DNA of 47,945 bases, the filler included, from Circinaria calcarea (lineage: Eukaryota): assembly GCA_051942165.1 (NCBI GenBank). It is 2 parts of 2 records of this genome, joined end to end, with 100 filler letters (N's around TTAATTAATTAA, not from the genome) between each part and the next. Parts side by side here need not be neighbours in the genome. Positions count along the whole stretch, not along the records: positions 1 to 23,993 come from JAVECS010000114.1; 1 more part is not named here. The stretch is one strand, 5' to 3'. Positions 10,569 to 23,905 of this stretch are shown piece after piece; positions within the stretch are counted from its first letter, which is position 1; every line of letters begins with the position of its first letter. Under the pieces are notes generated by a model, which ran no database searches, was not told the origin of the DNA, and saw only the letters and a list, made by a program, of their open reading frames with translations. Position numbers and translations under genes: made by a program.

Positions 10569-13538
10569 CTACGCGGTGATACCATGACATGCCACACTCG
10601 CCGATCCGTTAAGCAAAGCGATCGAGGCAATAACATCCGCCGGCTCGAGCAAATGCCAGCCGGCGAGCGTTTGCTTGGAACTCGCACCAACCGTAACGGA
10701 GAAAACGTGGTCCGATGGGAGTTTGGAGGCTCGAAGAGCTCGGAACATGTCTAATGTGCAGCAGATTAGCAATGGTGTCAGAGATTTATCGGTTTCTCTG
10801 CACTAACCTTCATCCGTAAAATCATCCCCTAGGCAAAGGACAAACTCCGGCGGCTCTCCCACCGCATGTCCATACTCGTTGACTAGCCTCTTTGCGATTT
10901 CTCCCTTGTTCACAAAGGTAGGACGGACCTCGAGATTTGCCTTTCCGTTCATAACCTCCACATCCCATTTCTTGGCAACGGTGCTCTCAAGATGCTTCTT
11001 GCATTCGAGGGCTTGAAAAGCTCCATACTCGGGATCCGCCCGGCGAAAGTGCCAAGTCAAGGCAATGCGCTTCCGCTCAATAAAGGAGCCTTGGGTTCGC
11101 TCAGTATAATGCTGGAAAATATCCATAACATCCTTTTGCCAGCCCATGTCAATTTTCTCGGTTAGGTTTTCCCAATCATCGCGTCCGGGATGACGAATAA
11201 AGCTGCCGTGCTCTGCCGACAGACCCAATTCCGGAATGTGGCCCATCCATTCATCAAGGAACGCTTGATCTCGTCCGCTGATAATCCATACAGCGTTACG
11301 TGGGTCTGATGCCAGAGTCTTGATGCTTCGGATGACTCGATCGGACGGTATTGCAGCCTGTGGGTCCTTCACGATTGGCGTGAGGGTGCCATCGTAATCA
11401 AACATGAAAAGCCGTTTCTTCGCCTTTCGGTATCGATTGAGGAGCTTAACCTTGTCAAGCGCCGGTGTTGCGATGGATTGGTCAAAGGAAGTCAAGTTCA
11501 TTAGCAGCCGCCCAAGATAATTCTTACACCAGACTTGGATAGTGTTGGTCACGACGTGTTTGTACATCTGCCTATGCTGATTTGCTCTCGCCCCCGAGGG
11601 CATCAACAATGCAGCATTGATAGCTTCCGCAACCCCTCCAAGGTCCCAAGGATTTATATGTATAGCGCTAGTCAAGCTACCAGCAGTACCCGAGAATTCT
11701 GAAAGTATAACTGGCCCATGACTGTCCTTTTGGCACACAACGTATTCTAAACTTGTCGTATTCATACCGTCACGGACGCTGGTGATGAGACCTACATCAG
11801 CGACCCGAAGTAATGCATAGTACTCATCACGGGAGAGATATTGCGGGAAATGGAAGACCGGGGTGTACTCGAGTCCTCCGTAGCGACCGTTAATCCTTGA
11901 GACTAAATCTGATATCTTATTCGCAATCTTATGCCCTGCATCTTCTTTCTCCTCTTCGACACTGGTGGGACTCGTTACCTGAATCAAGACTACCTTACCG
12001 CGCCATTGAGGATATCGTTCCAGGAACATCTCGAAGGCCATCAGCTTTTGAGCAACTCCTCTCACAGTGTCAAGGCGATCCCTTCCGACAATGATTTTCT
12101 GGCCGGCATACTGTTCGCGTATGCGTAAAATCTTTGCATCGATCTTGCGACTCCCATACGCTGTCTTGGCAACCGCAGCAGCGTCGATTCCAATCGGGAA
12201 GACGTCGACTGCAACATGTGCGCCATAAGCATCCACGCCCGCCGACGATGAGTCGAAGCCAAGTATGCGGGTGCAACATGACGAAAAGTGACGGGAAAAG
12301 CTGTACGATTGAAAGCCCACCATATTTGATCCCAGAACCCCAGTAAGGATTTCCTTCCTCTGGGTGAGGCATCTCAAAAACTCGCTGCTTGGAAACGGGA
12401 TATGAAGAAAGAAGCCAATGTAGATGTTTGGAATGCGCTGCCGCAGGAGATTCGGGAGTAACATCAGATGGTAGTCGTGGATCCACACTATATCACCAGG
12501 ATTGTAGATCTCAACGATTCGGTCCGCAAACATCTCATTCATCCTACAGTAGTCAACCCATGACTTGCATTCCGCGCGGCCATCCGTAGGCTCATGTTGC
12601 TTGTAGTGGAAAAGCGTGTAAAGTTCATGCTCAGCATACCGCCGCCAACGAGCTTGATCCCTAAGTACGGCATATTCATTCTCATCCTCGCTCTCGTCCA
12701 TCAGCCAAACAGGAACAATCTTTCCGTTCTGATCTCGGAGAAGCTGCTTTTCCAGTCGCTGCCGGTCTGTTTTGCTCACCCTGAGACCGTCTCCGTGGGA
12801 TTGGGGCGGAGGAGCTCGCGTTGTCCCGTCAATTGGAATAGGTGCTGATGCTTTGTTGAGTGGCATAGATGCCAACTTATTGAGTGAAAGGGTACTCGCT
12901 GAGCTCAAGGAGGAGACTGATCCTGGGGACTTTAGGAGCTCGTTGGTGGCTTTAATCTCGCCTGTCCAGCCAACAAGGGTATGATTCCACTGCGTGTTTG
13001 GGCCCGCGAGGTGGGAGAAGGCGTCGAACAAAGCCGAGGTACCGCGGCGAGATTTGATTGTCTAAGGACCATCAGCGTCTGGGTTTTCTGATGTATGTTT
13101 GAAGATACTGACCCACTCTTGGCCATTTGAAAATCCCAGGGAGTAGGGAATACAAAAGGATGCACTAATAATCCCCCCGCTAAGATTGAGACTCGGGTAC
13201 ACCACTCGGGGATCAGGTTCAGGAGTCTTAGGGCGATCAGCATCGACTAAGCTCAGTCTTCGTAAGAGCTCTCCCGAGGTTCTCGATCCTGATACAGCTT
13301 TGGTCGGAGAGTCGGGAGCGTTGTCCCCATCATGGGGGGCGAAATATGAACTGGTACTCCACTGGACACCACCAGATTGTTGACCGGGGGTTTGGATATA
13401 CGAAGAACCTCCGGCTAGGTTGATCCCAGGCGTCACCGGGACAGTCGTGATTGATGGACTCAGGGCAGGATGCACATCCCCGGAAGAATGGGTAAAGGGA
13501 GAAGGCATCGGAATGCAGTCAATGCTGAATCTCTGCAT
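10569..13538 (-). CDS. TPS2: Trehalose-6-phosphate phosphatase (GT20 + HAD phosphatase; Tps2/OrlA)
   Basis: Motifs WIHDYHL, GFFLHIPFPSSE, RDGMN, FDYDGTL and GDDFTDEDMF. Exons 13538-13113, 13061-10808 and 10750-10569; introns 13112-13062 and 10807-10751. An alternative start at 13508 is possible. Confidence 0.95.
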
Positions 13539-14143
13539 CTTGATTAGTTTGCTGTTTTCAACTGGCGGCTTGGAGAGTAGAGAAGAATCTAGGAAATAGG
13601 TGGGGAGTAAAGGACTGTTAGGAGATTGGTGATTCACCCCGAGAGTGTGGTGTACGGCTTTGATGAAATGAAAGATATGTTCAATTGGACAGCTGCATGG
13701 AATCCTGAGAAAGAGCGACCGGTATAGCACCTCCAATTAACGTAGGGTTGTTGACACAATCGTCTATGATAGGGAATTGCAACTGTTTAAGACAGTCCCG
13801 GCCAAGTTATATCTCAGAAAACTTGGCCAACTCTACATCCAAACTGATCCCAGGTCCTGCAGCGACAGCGCACCGGGTGGATGGGGAATGGGGAATGTCA
13901 GGTCAGAATCAAAAGAGCGACAGATTTTGTGTAGGACCTTGTGCTCCCCACCCCCACCACGAACTGCATCATAGCTTAACCTTAATCACCTCTGAGGGCA
14001 CCCCCCCTGTCGGTCGCTAATCACCGACAGGGAACGCACCGCCTAGCGCAGTTTTAATTTTCTTATTTTGATGGAGGTTTGTGAACTATTCCCCGGTTCT
14101 TTCCAGACTCATAGCGGGCAATGTACATAAGAGACTCAGCTGC

Positions 14144-15960
14144 ATGCCTCAAGCTGCATCATCAGCTACTGTCCGAAGTCTACGAGGAAGCCTTATCCGC
14201 TACCAAGTCAGTCCAGTCCCTCGGCAATCAGGCATTAAGCCGACAGCTGAGATCAGTTGCCGTGGACGACCAGCAGCCACGACATCGGAAAGAGGCCAAG
14301 CTGGATCAGCTGCAAACGCCGGGGGTGTTTCGTTCCTAACAAGAAAGTATGGCTATCAAGACCGTCATACCCGGCAGCATGAGAATTCAAGAGACATCAT
14401 TATCGATGATTTACGAGCAACGGTAGAGGCGCATCGTGCAACGAACATCGCATCCATTCTACGAAAGGTTGCGTCAGACGCTCCGCCAAATCTGGACATC
14501 AAGAAAATCCACGTTCCCCATCCAAGTGCTGAACATGCCGTGGAAAGCTTGCAGAAATCTGGTGTTCCGGTCGATCAGGAACCCATAGACGCGGAAGGCA
14601 CAAAAGGCACAAAACTAAAATGGCGTCTTCGTCCAAAGGTCGCCCGGGAGAAAGGTCTTGCCGCTCGCAAGAAGAGGCAAGCCCGTGAACTACGATCCAG
14701 ACGGAACAATGGCCAGGACTATGAAGGGAAATCTCTAGGCCCAGTGGACCAATGGGCTTTGAAGAGGGATCTCAGCTGTTCAGACCGGCCTTGGCTTACC
14801 TACTTGCAAAGTTACGAGGAGGATGGTCAATCACAGTAAGCGAATTTCCATACGATATAGGTTGTTCGAATTCCCGGGCTGATCGATCATATAGATTATC
14901 AAATGAAATTAGTGCGTTTGAATCGTACATGCGGCCGACTCCAACTGAGACTTCTGCTGTACAATCTGCCGTTGATTTAGTCCAAAAAATCGTTACTTCT
15001 GCACTGCCATCAAATGCACTTTCACTTTTCGGGTCCCGCTACACTGGCCTTGCTGGGCCGTTGTCTGACGTTGACTTCAACCTGTCTCTTCCAGAGTTCA
15101 AAGGCGACACTTCAATCCGTGGTCCAAGTAATACTCGCCCTGAAGCTTGTCGTGCTGGTATGCGAGTTCTCAAACGTCTTGGACGTGTGTTATCCTCCAA
15201 CGGACAGTTCTCCAATGTTAAGATCATCCCAGCTCGTATTCCTCTTCTCACGGCTACCCATCATGCAACTGGAGTAGCTTTTCAGTTTCAGACTCTCGCC
15301 CGCACACTACCAAGTCGCGAATGGACCTCAGATTATGTCTCGGAATATCCTAGCCTCCGACCACTCTTCTTACTCCTACGGCATAGCCTAAAAATCAGAG
15401 GTCTCGTCACCGTCCAGTTTGGAGGGCTGGGCTCCTACCCGTTGGCCATGATGATTGTTGCTGCTCTCAAGCATGCCGCAGCAAGTTTTTCACGCGATGA
15501 TCTTGCTGGACAGTTGATCCATATTCTGGACTTTTATGCGAATGCGGACTTGTACAAGCACGGGTTCTCTGCAGATCCTTTTCGAATGTTTACAAAGATC
15601 ACCAAGCCATTGTCTGCAGAGGAAAGAGAGGCAAACTCGCGTGACCCATATCTCTGGAGCATTGATCTTATCCGGAAATGTCATCCCGATAAACCCTGGG
15701 CGCTTTGCCTCCAGGATCCTGCAGATCCCGTCAATGACCTAGGTCGGAAAACGTATCAGATCAAGCATGTTCAAGCATCGTTTGCTGCGGCAAGACAGCG
15801 AATCTGGTCTAGAGTTCAGAGGTGGGACCGTATGGACATCAAAACGAGGCAAACATGGGCTCAGGGATTATTGGATCCGTTGGTGAGAGCCAGGTATGAT
15901 GAGTTTGAAGCGTCTCGACAGGTTTTAGCGAGGAGTATTGAGAGCCGGCTCTCGAAATGA
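14144..15960 (+). CDS. Non-canonical poly(A) polymerase / Cid1-Trf4-like nucleotidyltransferase
   Basis: FGSRYTGLAGPLSDVDF (GS...DxD), ARIPLL, GGLGSY and LCLQDPADPVNDLG (PAP-associated domain). Intron 14836-14894. The N-terminus is rich in Arg/Ser and poor in acidic residues, suggesting a mitochondrial presequence. Confidence 0.85.
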
Positions 15961-16691
15961 GACTGCAGCCAGCATAACATCAATCTACATACCTCCAACA
16001 ACAACACATAGGCAGACTTTACTAATTGGGAAAGCTTCATAATCTATTGACTGACCACTGAAACATAACTGGATTTGTTGCTGCCAGCTTCCGATGCTCT
16101 ATGTAAACCAGATCTGCTGAGTCATGCGGTTATGACTTCCTAACTTGACCATGTAAACCATACAGGGGTATGCCGATGTCGCCCTATCCCAGAAGCATGT
16201 GACCGGGTTTCTCTTTTCCTTTACCTTCCTACTGTGTACATGAGCCCAAATAGATCTGCGGCAGATAAGGCATACTCTCTCCGACATATCATTGCGTGGT
16301 ATTCAAAATTGGTAGATCCTATGCACATGCATTACCGGGAATGTGTCCAAGCTCTGGTTCTAAATTTCCAACAGCTATGACAGCATCCCTGCATTTAGTA
16401 AATAGTAACCTACCAGCCAGCATGATGAATCCATTTTCGAGCGGAATCTGGCGCTACCAGATTTGCGCATTACTAATGTATTAATGAGTCAATGATGGGA
16501 TGGGCAATGGGGACGTATTTACTCCCGTCTGGAATGGATCTCTCCCTTCTACCACCAGATTATTCATGGCCTGAGCTTCTCCCGACTGAGTGTTCTTCTG
16601 GCTCAGACTGTACGTGGCTAAAGTGGCGAGCAGCAGCATAGAACAAAACACGTCTTACCATTCTAGGATTCATTGTCGTCCAATATCGGGA

Positions 16692-18259
16692 ATGTATACA
16701 GTCCCGGATGCGGAGAAGGTCTTGGATCATGGATCAAATGAATCTACTCCATCCAGCCCAACATGTCCGGCTGAACAGGACTTGCTTACTATGGTAGGAA
16801 AAGAGAGTAAGGCTGATCCACCCGGCCTCAAATCTTCCAGTCCAGGACTCCTTGGGGTGCTTGGTCGTACTGTTTCTCGCTCCTCTTATGTGGATCCTGA
16901 ACCGCCACCGGATGGGGGATTAACTGCATGGACGCAGGCAGTTATGGGCCACCTCATTGTCTTCAATACATGGGGTTATATCAATTGCTTCGGCGTCTTC
17001 CAGACCTACTATGCAGATACGCTCAACCATTCGCCCTCGGACATATCTTGGATTGGATCAACTCAAGTGTTTTTGCTGTTCTTCGTTGGGACTTTCTCGG
17101 GCCGGGCGAGTAAGTGCAGTTTGAATGCCCAGACGAAAAGTCCTTGCTAACATTAGGATCTAGCCGACGCTGGATGGTTTCGGGCTTTGCTTCTCGCGGG
17201 TTCGATCTTCGAACTAATCGGCATATTCATGACGTCCCTGGCTACAGAATACTGGCAGCTTTTCCTCGCGCAGGGTCTCTGCACTGGATTGGGAAATGGC
17301 TTGCTCTTCTGCCCTATTCTGTCCGTGATTTCGACATACTTTACGAAGCGAAGAGCTCTGGCAATTGCAATTGCTGCGTCAGGAAGTGCTACCGGGGGAC
17401 TGGTGTTTCCCGCGATTGTTGAGACGCTTCTGCCCAAAATCGGCTTCGGTTGGACCGTAAGGATCCTTGGCTTTGTGATGCTCGCACTTCAAGCTGTGGT
17501 ATTTGTCTTTGTAAAGACACGACTACCGCCCCGAAAATCTGGGCCTCTCATTGAATGGGGAGCTTTCACAGAGGCTCCATATACTTTGTTTGCAATCGGT
17601 TGGGACATCAGCGTTGAGCTATTGAGCCTCCGCTAATGATAATTAGGCATGTTCTTGAGCTATTGGAGTTTGTATTTTGCATTCTACTATGTATGCTTAT
17701 CCTTAGATTCTTTAGGTTGGCGACCTGCTCAACTGAGAAAACATAGATCGGTTCCTTTGGCCGCAACATCGTCCACGTCACTCAGGCTGACTCCATCAAT
17801 CTCTTACTGATCGCTAACGGTATGGGCTTTTTTGGCCGCTTGATCCCTGCCTACCTCGCCGACCGTTACTTTGGCCCTCTCAACACTCTAATCCCCTTTG
17901 TCTTCATCTCTGGCCTTGTGCTATTTTGCTGGGTCGCTGTCTCCTCCCACGGTGGACTTGTCGCCTTTGCAGTCGTTTATGGACTATTCTCTGCAAGTAT
18001 TCAGAGCCTCTTTCCTGCAACCCTGTCCAGCCTGACAACTGATCTGAAAAAGACGGGTGTGAGAATGGGTATGGTATTCACTATCGTTAGTTTCGCATGC
18101 CTGACCGGGCCTTCCATCGGAGGGTCCTTACTCACGAAAGGTAGAGGGGATTACCTTTACGCCCAAGTATTCTCGGGGACAGTCCTGACCTGTGGATGTC
18201 TCACTTTGATCGCCACCCGAATTGCAAGGACAGGATGGCGGTTTAAAGTCCGTATGTGA
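16692..18259 (+). CDS. MFS monocarboxylate-porter (MCT/MCH-like) permease
   Basis: Motifs PPDGGLTAW, NTWG..N.FGVFQ.YY, S.ISWIGS, STYF.KRR..A, GRL and G.RMGM. Exons 16692-17109, 17164-17598, 17647-17690 and 17747-18259 join in frame. Confidence 0.92.
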
Positions 18260-19026
18260 TATGCGGTCTGGGTGCTTCGGACACATGTTTTGGCCTTGCG
18301 AATAGATACCACAGGAGCTCTACATGGAAAAGGCAGATCCTGTGATGAGCAATCTGTTAGGTACGCCATCTCGATCCACCATGCGCTTTTATTTTTGGGA
18401 CCAAAGGGAGGAGCACCAACCTAATTCAGATACAGATCCTGTCCCTTCCCTCGAGACAAGACATTACTCTAAAAGCATCCATCATATTTCCAGCCGAACC
18501 TAGCCCTTTATAGTCAGTCACCTTGAGATAAGTCGTTGTTTTTGCGGTGTTTTTTACCGCCTCGAACGTGTTTATCCCCCTCCCCCCCTTTCTCTTTTTT
18601 ACTACCAAAAACTCCACCGTACCCATCGGGCCAGCCGCAAAAATCCCAAAACCCAACCTCCCCCATTCAAAACCCTCCCAAACGGAAAGAAAGAGGGCGG
18701 GGCCCGGGGGGGGTACCACATATCCGCGTCTAAGACTGAAGACTAATTTGAATAAATAAATAAAATAAAATAAAAAGCTCTGAACCTTTGCACCTTTACA
18801 CCTTTGCACGAAATGTTGCTGTTGCAGTCAAGGGAGGGTCCCGTTCCGTACAACGAACACGAAACGAGATTTGACTTGATAATCGGATTGGATTGGGTTT
18901 GATTGGTATCTTTTCCCAATAGATAGATTCATTCCATTATATGTATATATATGTAGAACCCCCCCCCCTCCCCAAAAAAACCCTTTATTCCACATTTCAA
19001 AAGATCAAAGACCCCCAACAACAACC

Positions 19027-21359
19027 CTAAACAACCGAAAACACCCCACTTATACCCTCAAACCCCTCAATCCCGCCCCCGATTCCCTTGGCCGCACCCC
19101 AATACCTCACTCGATACTTCCCACTCTCAACGCCTTCCCCGCCAACCTCCCACACAATATCCACCTCGCTGGTACCGAGTACGCTATTCGTCCTGCGCCA
19201 ATGGAAAATCAAATCCCAGTCGCTATCATCCCGAACCGTTTCCCAGCTATCCAAAACCGGGTTAAGGAATTCGATGGCGGCGTAGGTGCGTTCGAGGCGC
19301 AGATCGTTGCGCGGGTTAGCGCCGACGAAGGTAACTTTGACGGTGGAGCCTTTGCGGACGGTAGCGGGCGCGTCGGCGAGGACGTCCCCGAAAGATTTGA
19401 AAAAGGGAGCGCGGTCGTAGACGACGCCGCGGATGAAGCTGAGGCTGGAGTTGATGTGGATGGGAGGGTCCGGGCCGGGCGCCGGGTGGGAGGTGGTGTG
19501 CGAGGCGAGGAAGGGCAGGGAGGAGAGTGTGAGGTTAATGTATGCGTTTAGGGTATGCGGGCCATAGAGGGTGGAGGCGCCTTCGTAGCGTTGAATGCCG
19601 TATTCTTCTTCCGTCGCAATGTAGTGGGTGTAGCTATTGGCAGGGCCGCCTAGGACAACAATGGGGTCGAGGCCATCCGTGAGCGAAGACTTGGATGCGG
19701 AGGCCGCGAGGGATTCTTTCCAGCGCCGGCCGGACATGGTGGTTGCCTCACCCGGAGAGACGATGAAGAAGAGTTGGCCGACGCGAAAAAGTTGGATGTC
19801 GACTACATTCGGTGTCCATAGATACGGCTTTTCAATCTCACCCACGTCGAGGAGGATAGGTTTCGGGGCATGACATGCCATCTGCTCCTTGCTGGGCTCA
19901 CGTAGAAAATTACGAACGACGGCCCAGACGGGGTTCGCGTCGGGAGCGCCGGTGTCGTTCTGCTTGAAGTCGAAGGCCCCTGGCCCATCGGTTGTACCAG
20001 CGGCGAAGGAGTAGCCAAGGGCGGCGGGGCAAGTTGAAACAATGGTACCGTTGGGATGGGGAAATGTATAGTTGGAGAGGTCGCGGAATGTGTGCAAAGA
20101 TTTAATGGTGGAGCCTTGGATCGCTGTTCCGGTAGAATTCAAAGAGTTGAATAAAGTCATTGCGGCCGAGAACTGCCGCCGCCCAATCTCGTAGCAACTG
20201 GAGGCACCTTGATCTTCTTTTCTGAAGAGAGGACCTCGACCATGGCAAGGTTGTGTTTTGCCACCGCAGGTACTATCTTCAAAGTTACATTGTTCCCCTG
20301 ATCCATCTTCGCAGTAGGCGCCAAGAACATTTGGGGAGGTATCCCCGACATTTGCTTGAGAGAATCCAGCAACAAAACTTTCGGACTCAGATGCAGAGCC
20401 CCTGACACTTTTTTCAAATAGATCCGCAGCGACTCCTTTGTTATCTCCAGTTATCAGTGTATTATTACCAAGCATCGAAGTGCCATGTACAGGAAACCAT
20501 GTCAGTACGCCAATATCGATATCATCACCTGCCCGCCGAAATCTAAGCATCGTCATTGTCTTGTCCACGTCATGCTCGTATCTTTCTCTTTCTTTTGGCG
20601 GATTTGCGAGGTAGGCATATGGACTTCGGTTGATATTTGCATCTTCGACGCCAATCGAGCCAAAGCTAAGATGACCAAGAGCAAGACTGTCATGTGCCCT
20701 GACAATGGACAGTAGTGCCCCGTCCACGATCGCCTGATAACTTTGTTTATCGAAGCCTTTGCTCGTTATTTGGGGTAAGAGATAATTCAACCAAGCCCCT
20801 GGCCCAGAATGTGAATGTGTCCCTGTCAGTGCAACGTTCCTTTGCCCATATACACTGTATTCTGGCCCCAGTTGCTTTAGCCCTTGTAGGATCCCATACC
20901 GAATCGCCGTGTCTCCAGACTGCGTATCCAATACCAGGTACACGAAACGATCGTCAGGATGCTCGACGTCGGCAACAATAAAAGCTCGAGAGTATAGGCG
21001 TTGGCGTAAACCTGATCCTACTTGTTTCGGATCGGCATAGCCCATCAGGTTTATTTCGACAACAGGACTATTCGACAGCATGAGTCTATGCCAATGGCTC
21101 TTTGAAATTGCAAAACATACCCTGTGATGTCCCCTTTCCCCACGCCCAATAGATACAGAGATTCATTCTTGTCAGTCGTCTTGTCGGGGCTGTCCGGATT
21201 GATCGGTGTCTGGGTAGCTGAATGAGCCTTAGGTGAGCCAACTCGATGGAGGTTCAGGAAGGTAACTTGAGGGAAACCGAAACTTGAGATTAGCTGGAGG
21301 ATAACAAGGAGTGCAAAGCTGGCGGCGCCCAACGCAGCAACAATATGAGTTCGTGCCAT
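19027..21359 (-). CDS. Neutral/alkaline non-lysosomal ceramidase
   Basis: N-terminal signal/anchor and motifs GVGKGDITGP, MGYA, GTHSHSGPG, WFPVHGTS, NVGDTSPN, AAGTTDGPG, PGEATTMSGRR and QRYEGASTLYG. Intron 21120-21068. Confidence 0.95.
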
Positions 21360-21604
21360 GATTCAATTCAAAACCAAAGCGATTCCTCATGGCTGTAACC
21401 GTTTTATACACATACTCGGGATAAAATAAAGTTGATGTCGCTTCCCGTGGACCTTTCAGCTGACAGCCACACGCTAGACAATGACATGTGATTGACATGG
21501 GTAGCACGGGGTGGGGGTTTTTTTTTGTGCAATACTCCGTATTATGCAAGAAGTAAAACTAACACACTCCTCCGCTTAACTATCATTTAGCAGAAGCAGT
21601 TAGA

Positions 21605-22302
21605 ATGCCATTGATTCAAGATTCCCTGGATTCGCTGCCGCGTATGAACAGCACCGTCACCTTGTTAACGTCTACTAATCGTCAATTATAGACATCGACG
21701 GCGATCTCTCCCCTTCGACTCGCTCTCAAGTCTCCGCTCTTCTCGCTGCGGAGCTTCCGCCAGACTATACTTCGACACCTCACCCTCTTCTCCCCGATCC
21801 TTTACCTCCCAGATTTTCTCCTTTCATAGACTCCGAATTCGAGCGCATTTCTTCTAAACAACCTCTGACCGCAATTGACACAACACGTTATGAAGCCCTC
21901 GAAGCTCCCCCTCCGACATCCCCCAAATCCGACGAGAGATCTCCCGAATTACTAGAGAGTTGGCGAGAAACCCTCCGTCGCGCTTACGCAACCTCTACAC
22001 ATCTCTCTATTCGCCTGCAGAACCTTGCACTCCTAGAATCGTTCGGTAAAAATGCTTGGCTGATAGGAAATTCACAGCTAGAAGAGATATTAAGGGGCCT
22101 GGAGAAGGAGCTCGTGGAAACTAAGGAGCGGGTTGAAGAGGTCAACAAGGAAAGGTACGAGAGTCAGGAAGGGGTGAGGGGAGAAATGGAGGGGTTGGAG
22201 GCAAGTTGGAGGGCAAGCGTGGGGAGGTTAGTAGAAGTGGAGGTTGCAGCGGAAGAGATGAGGATGGAGATTTTAGAAAGAAGAAGGCAAGGAGCTACTT
22301 AA
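21605..22302 (+). CDS. SPF27: Pre-mRNA splicing factor SPF27/Cwf7/BCAS2, ~215 aa
   Basis: Exon 21605-21641, intron 21642-21691 (GTATGA..CTAAT..TAG), exon 21692-22302. It reads MPLIQDSLDSLPHID...IDTTRYE...RLQNLALLESFGKNAWLIGNSQLE, followed by a coiled coil. The ORF track captured only the 3' end. Confidence 0.9.
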
Positions 22303-22717
22303 GCGGTAGAAGCTAGACAAAGTTCGAAGGATATGTATCAGAATATAGGGATCTCAAGTTCTATGTATCGGCCCTAGCAAAAGAAGTCTATTGAGTAGGC
22401 TTCATAATTGGACTTGCTCATTGTGGATGTCATGACGATAGAACTACCGGCTATGGGCTAAACAGAATAAAGCAAACAGTCAGTGATGGCTGAGGTAGCA
22501 CAGTCAAGACCGTAGACGCCCAACATAATCGTGGAAGGTATAGTTCATACACCGCATCACCCGAACCCTTAAAGCAAGGCAAGTAAGCAAGCAATTCCAC
22601 ACAAGTTCAATCAAACACACGACTTGTGACCAGATTGCCTCCCATCCTAACCATACCAGACAAAGACGCTCCATTCAATTAGGGTCATCACAGCCATGTG
22701 AAGCCCAACCATCATCA

Positions 22718-23905
22718 TTACCTACTCAACGCATCAATTCCCTCTTCACTCGTATTCTTAGCCCTCTTACTCGGATCGTTCTGTCGCATACGCTCTTCTA
22801 CCGGGCCCAGCAACCTCTGGAAGCCATCCTTGCCAAGTGTCGCAACCTTGACTTCCGTTGTACTCACGACACTGGCTGCCCTTGGCTTGTCGTCAAGTAA
22901 AGCTAGCTCCCCGAAATAGTCGCCCTTTTTATATTGGGTGAGTGCTTTGTCCCCGCTGTCCTTCTTGTATACCTCAGCCGATCCGCTTTCCAGTAAGTAA
23001 AAGGCTTCACCAGGATCCCCTTCGCGAATGATAGTAGAACCAGCAGGAAATTTCTGTGTCTCCAAGGCATCCGCAATCTTTGACCTTTCATAGGGTTCCA
23101 GGCTGGTCAAAAGTGGAACTTCTTCGAGGAATGTTTCGTACATCCTACGGCGTTGGAACGCAGAGTCCATAAGAATTCGCCTAAAGGTCAATCTGTCCAT
23201 GGCCCAGAGCAAGGAGTTGGGTTCGGTGGATACGACAGTCGCAGCTCGAGGAGCATTGTACATCAATGCCAGCTCGCCAAATGACCCTCCCGGTCCTATA
23301 GTGCTGACTTTCTTGCCTATACCATCTGGGCCTGGTTGAACAGACCCAGCTTCATTGATGTGGATATCAAAGTTGCCTCTTTCCACAACGTAGAAGTAAT
23401 CGCCGGCATCACCCTGGGAGATAACTTTGATACCCTTGGCAGGAATTGGTTTCTCGATAAGAGCTCCAAGGACCTGATTTGACTGCTCATCATCGAGGTG
23501 GGAGAATAGAAAATTGCTAGCCACAGCGGTTTTCAGTCGCGATAATTGATCAGGGGACTTTTGGTGGAAAGGCGGTGTCCAATTGTCGTTCATTGAGGAC
23601 TGTGGATTCATTGATTCAGCTGAAACCGAAGTGCGGCGGCCCATGGAATAATTGTTGGGGAATCCTTCGTCATTTCCTGCTCCTGGACGAAAAGCTGATG
23701 GCGGGTGAGAGGGATGACCCAGGCCCCCAAAGCTTTCAAAAGGAGCACCCCCGAATGGACTTCCCTCGGATCCAACTCCACCAAATGGACTAGCTGAAGG
23801 CTGACCAGCAGAGTGAGGGTTTGGGGAGAAAGGGCTGTTTTTGAACATCGACGATGTGGGTGATGTATGACCTTCTAGCTCTTCCTCTTCTATCAAATTC
23901 TGCAT
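22718..23905 (-). CDS. pkaR: cAMP-dependent protein kinase regulatory subunit
   Basis: Pseudosubstrate RRTSVSAES and two cNMP-binding domains (FGELALMYNAPRAAT; FGELALLDDKPRAAS). The start lies 88 nt from the assembly gap, so an upstream exon cannot be excluded. Confidence 0.95.
   Translation of the reverse strand: MQNLIEEEELEGHTSPTSSMFKNSPFSPNPHSAGQPSASPFGGVGSEGSPFGGAPFESFGGLGHPSHPPSAFRPGAGNDEGFPNNYSMGRRTSVSAESMNPQSSMNDNWTPPFHQKSPDQLSRLKTAVASNFLFSHLDDEQSNQVLGALIEKPIPAKGIKVISQGDAGDYFYVVERGNFDIHINEAGSVQPGPDGIGKKVSTIGPGGSFGELALMYNAPRAATVVSTEPNSLLWAMDRLTFRRILMDSAFQRRRMYETFLEEVPLLTSLEPYERSKIADALETQKFPAGSTIIREGDPGEAFYLLESGSAEVYKKDSGDKALTQYKKGDYFGELALLDDKPRAASVVSTTEVKVATLGKDGFQRLLGPVEERMRQNDPSKRAKNTSEEGIDALSR

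Noticed and set aside
10154..10690. 178-aa ORF as an extension of TPS2 or a separate gene
   Set aside because: Non-ATG start, out of frame with TPS2 exon 3, no motifs, and no convincing splice link.
13539..14143. N-terminal extensions of TPS2 (from 13736) and the nucleotidyltransferase (from 14081)
   Set aside because: They depend on TTG/GTG starts, which are not normally used in fungi. The region is better read as UTRs and a divergent promoter.
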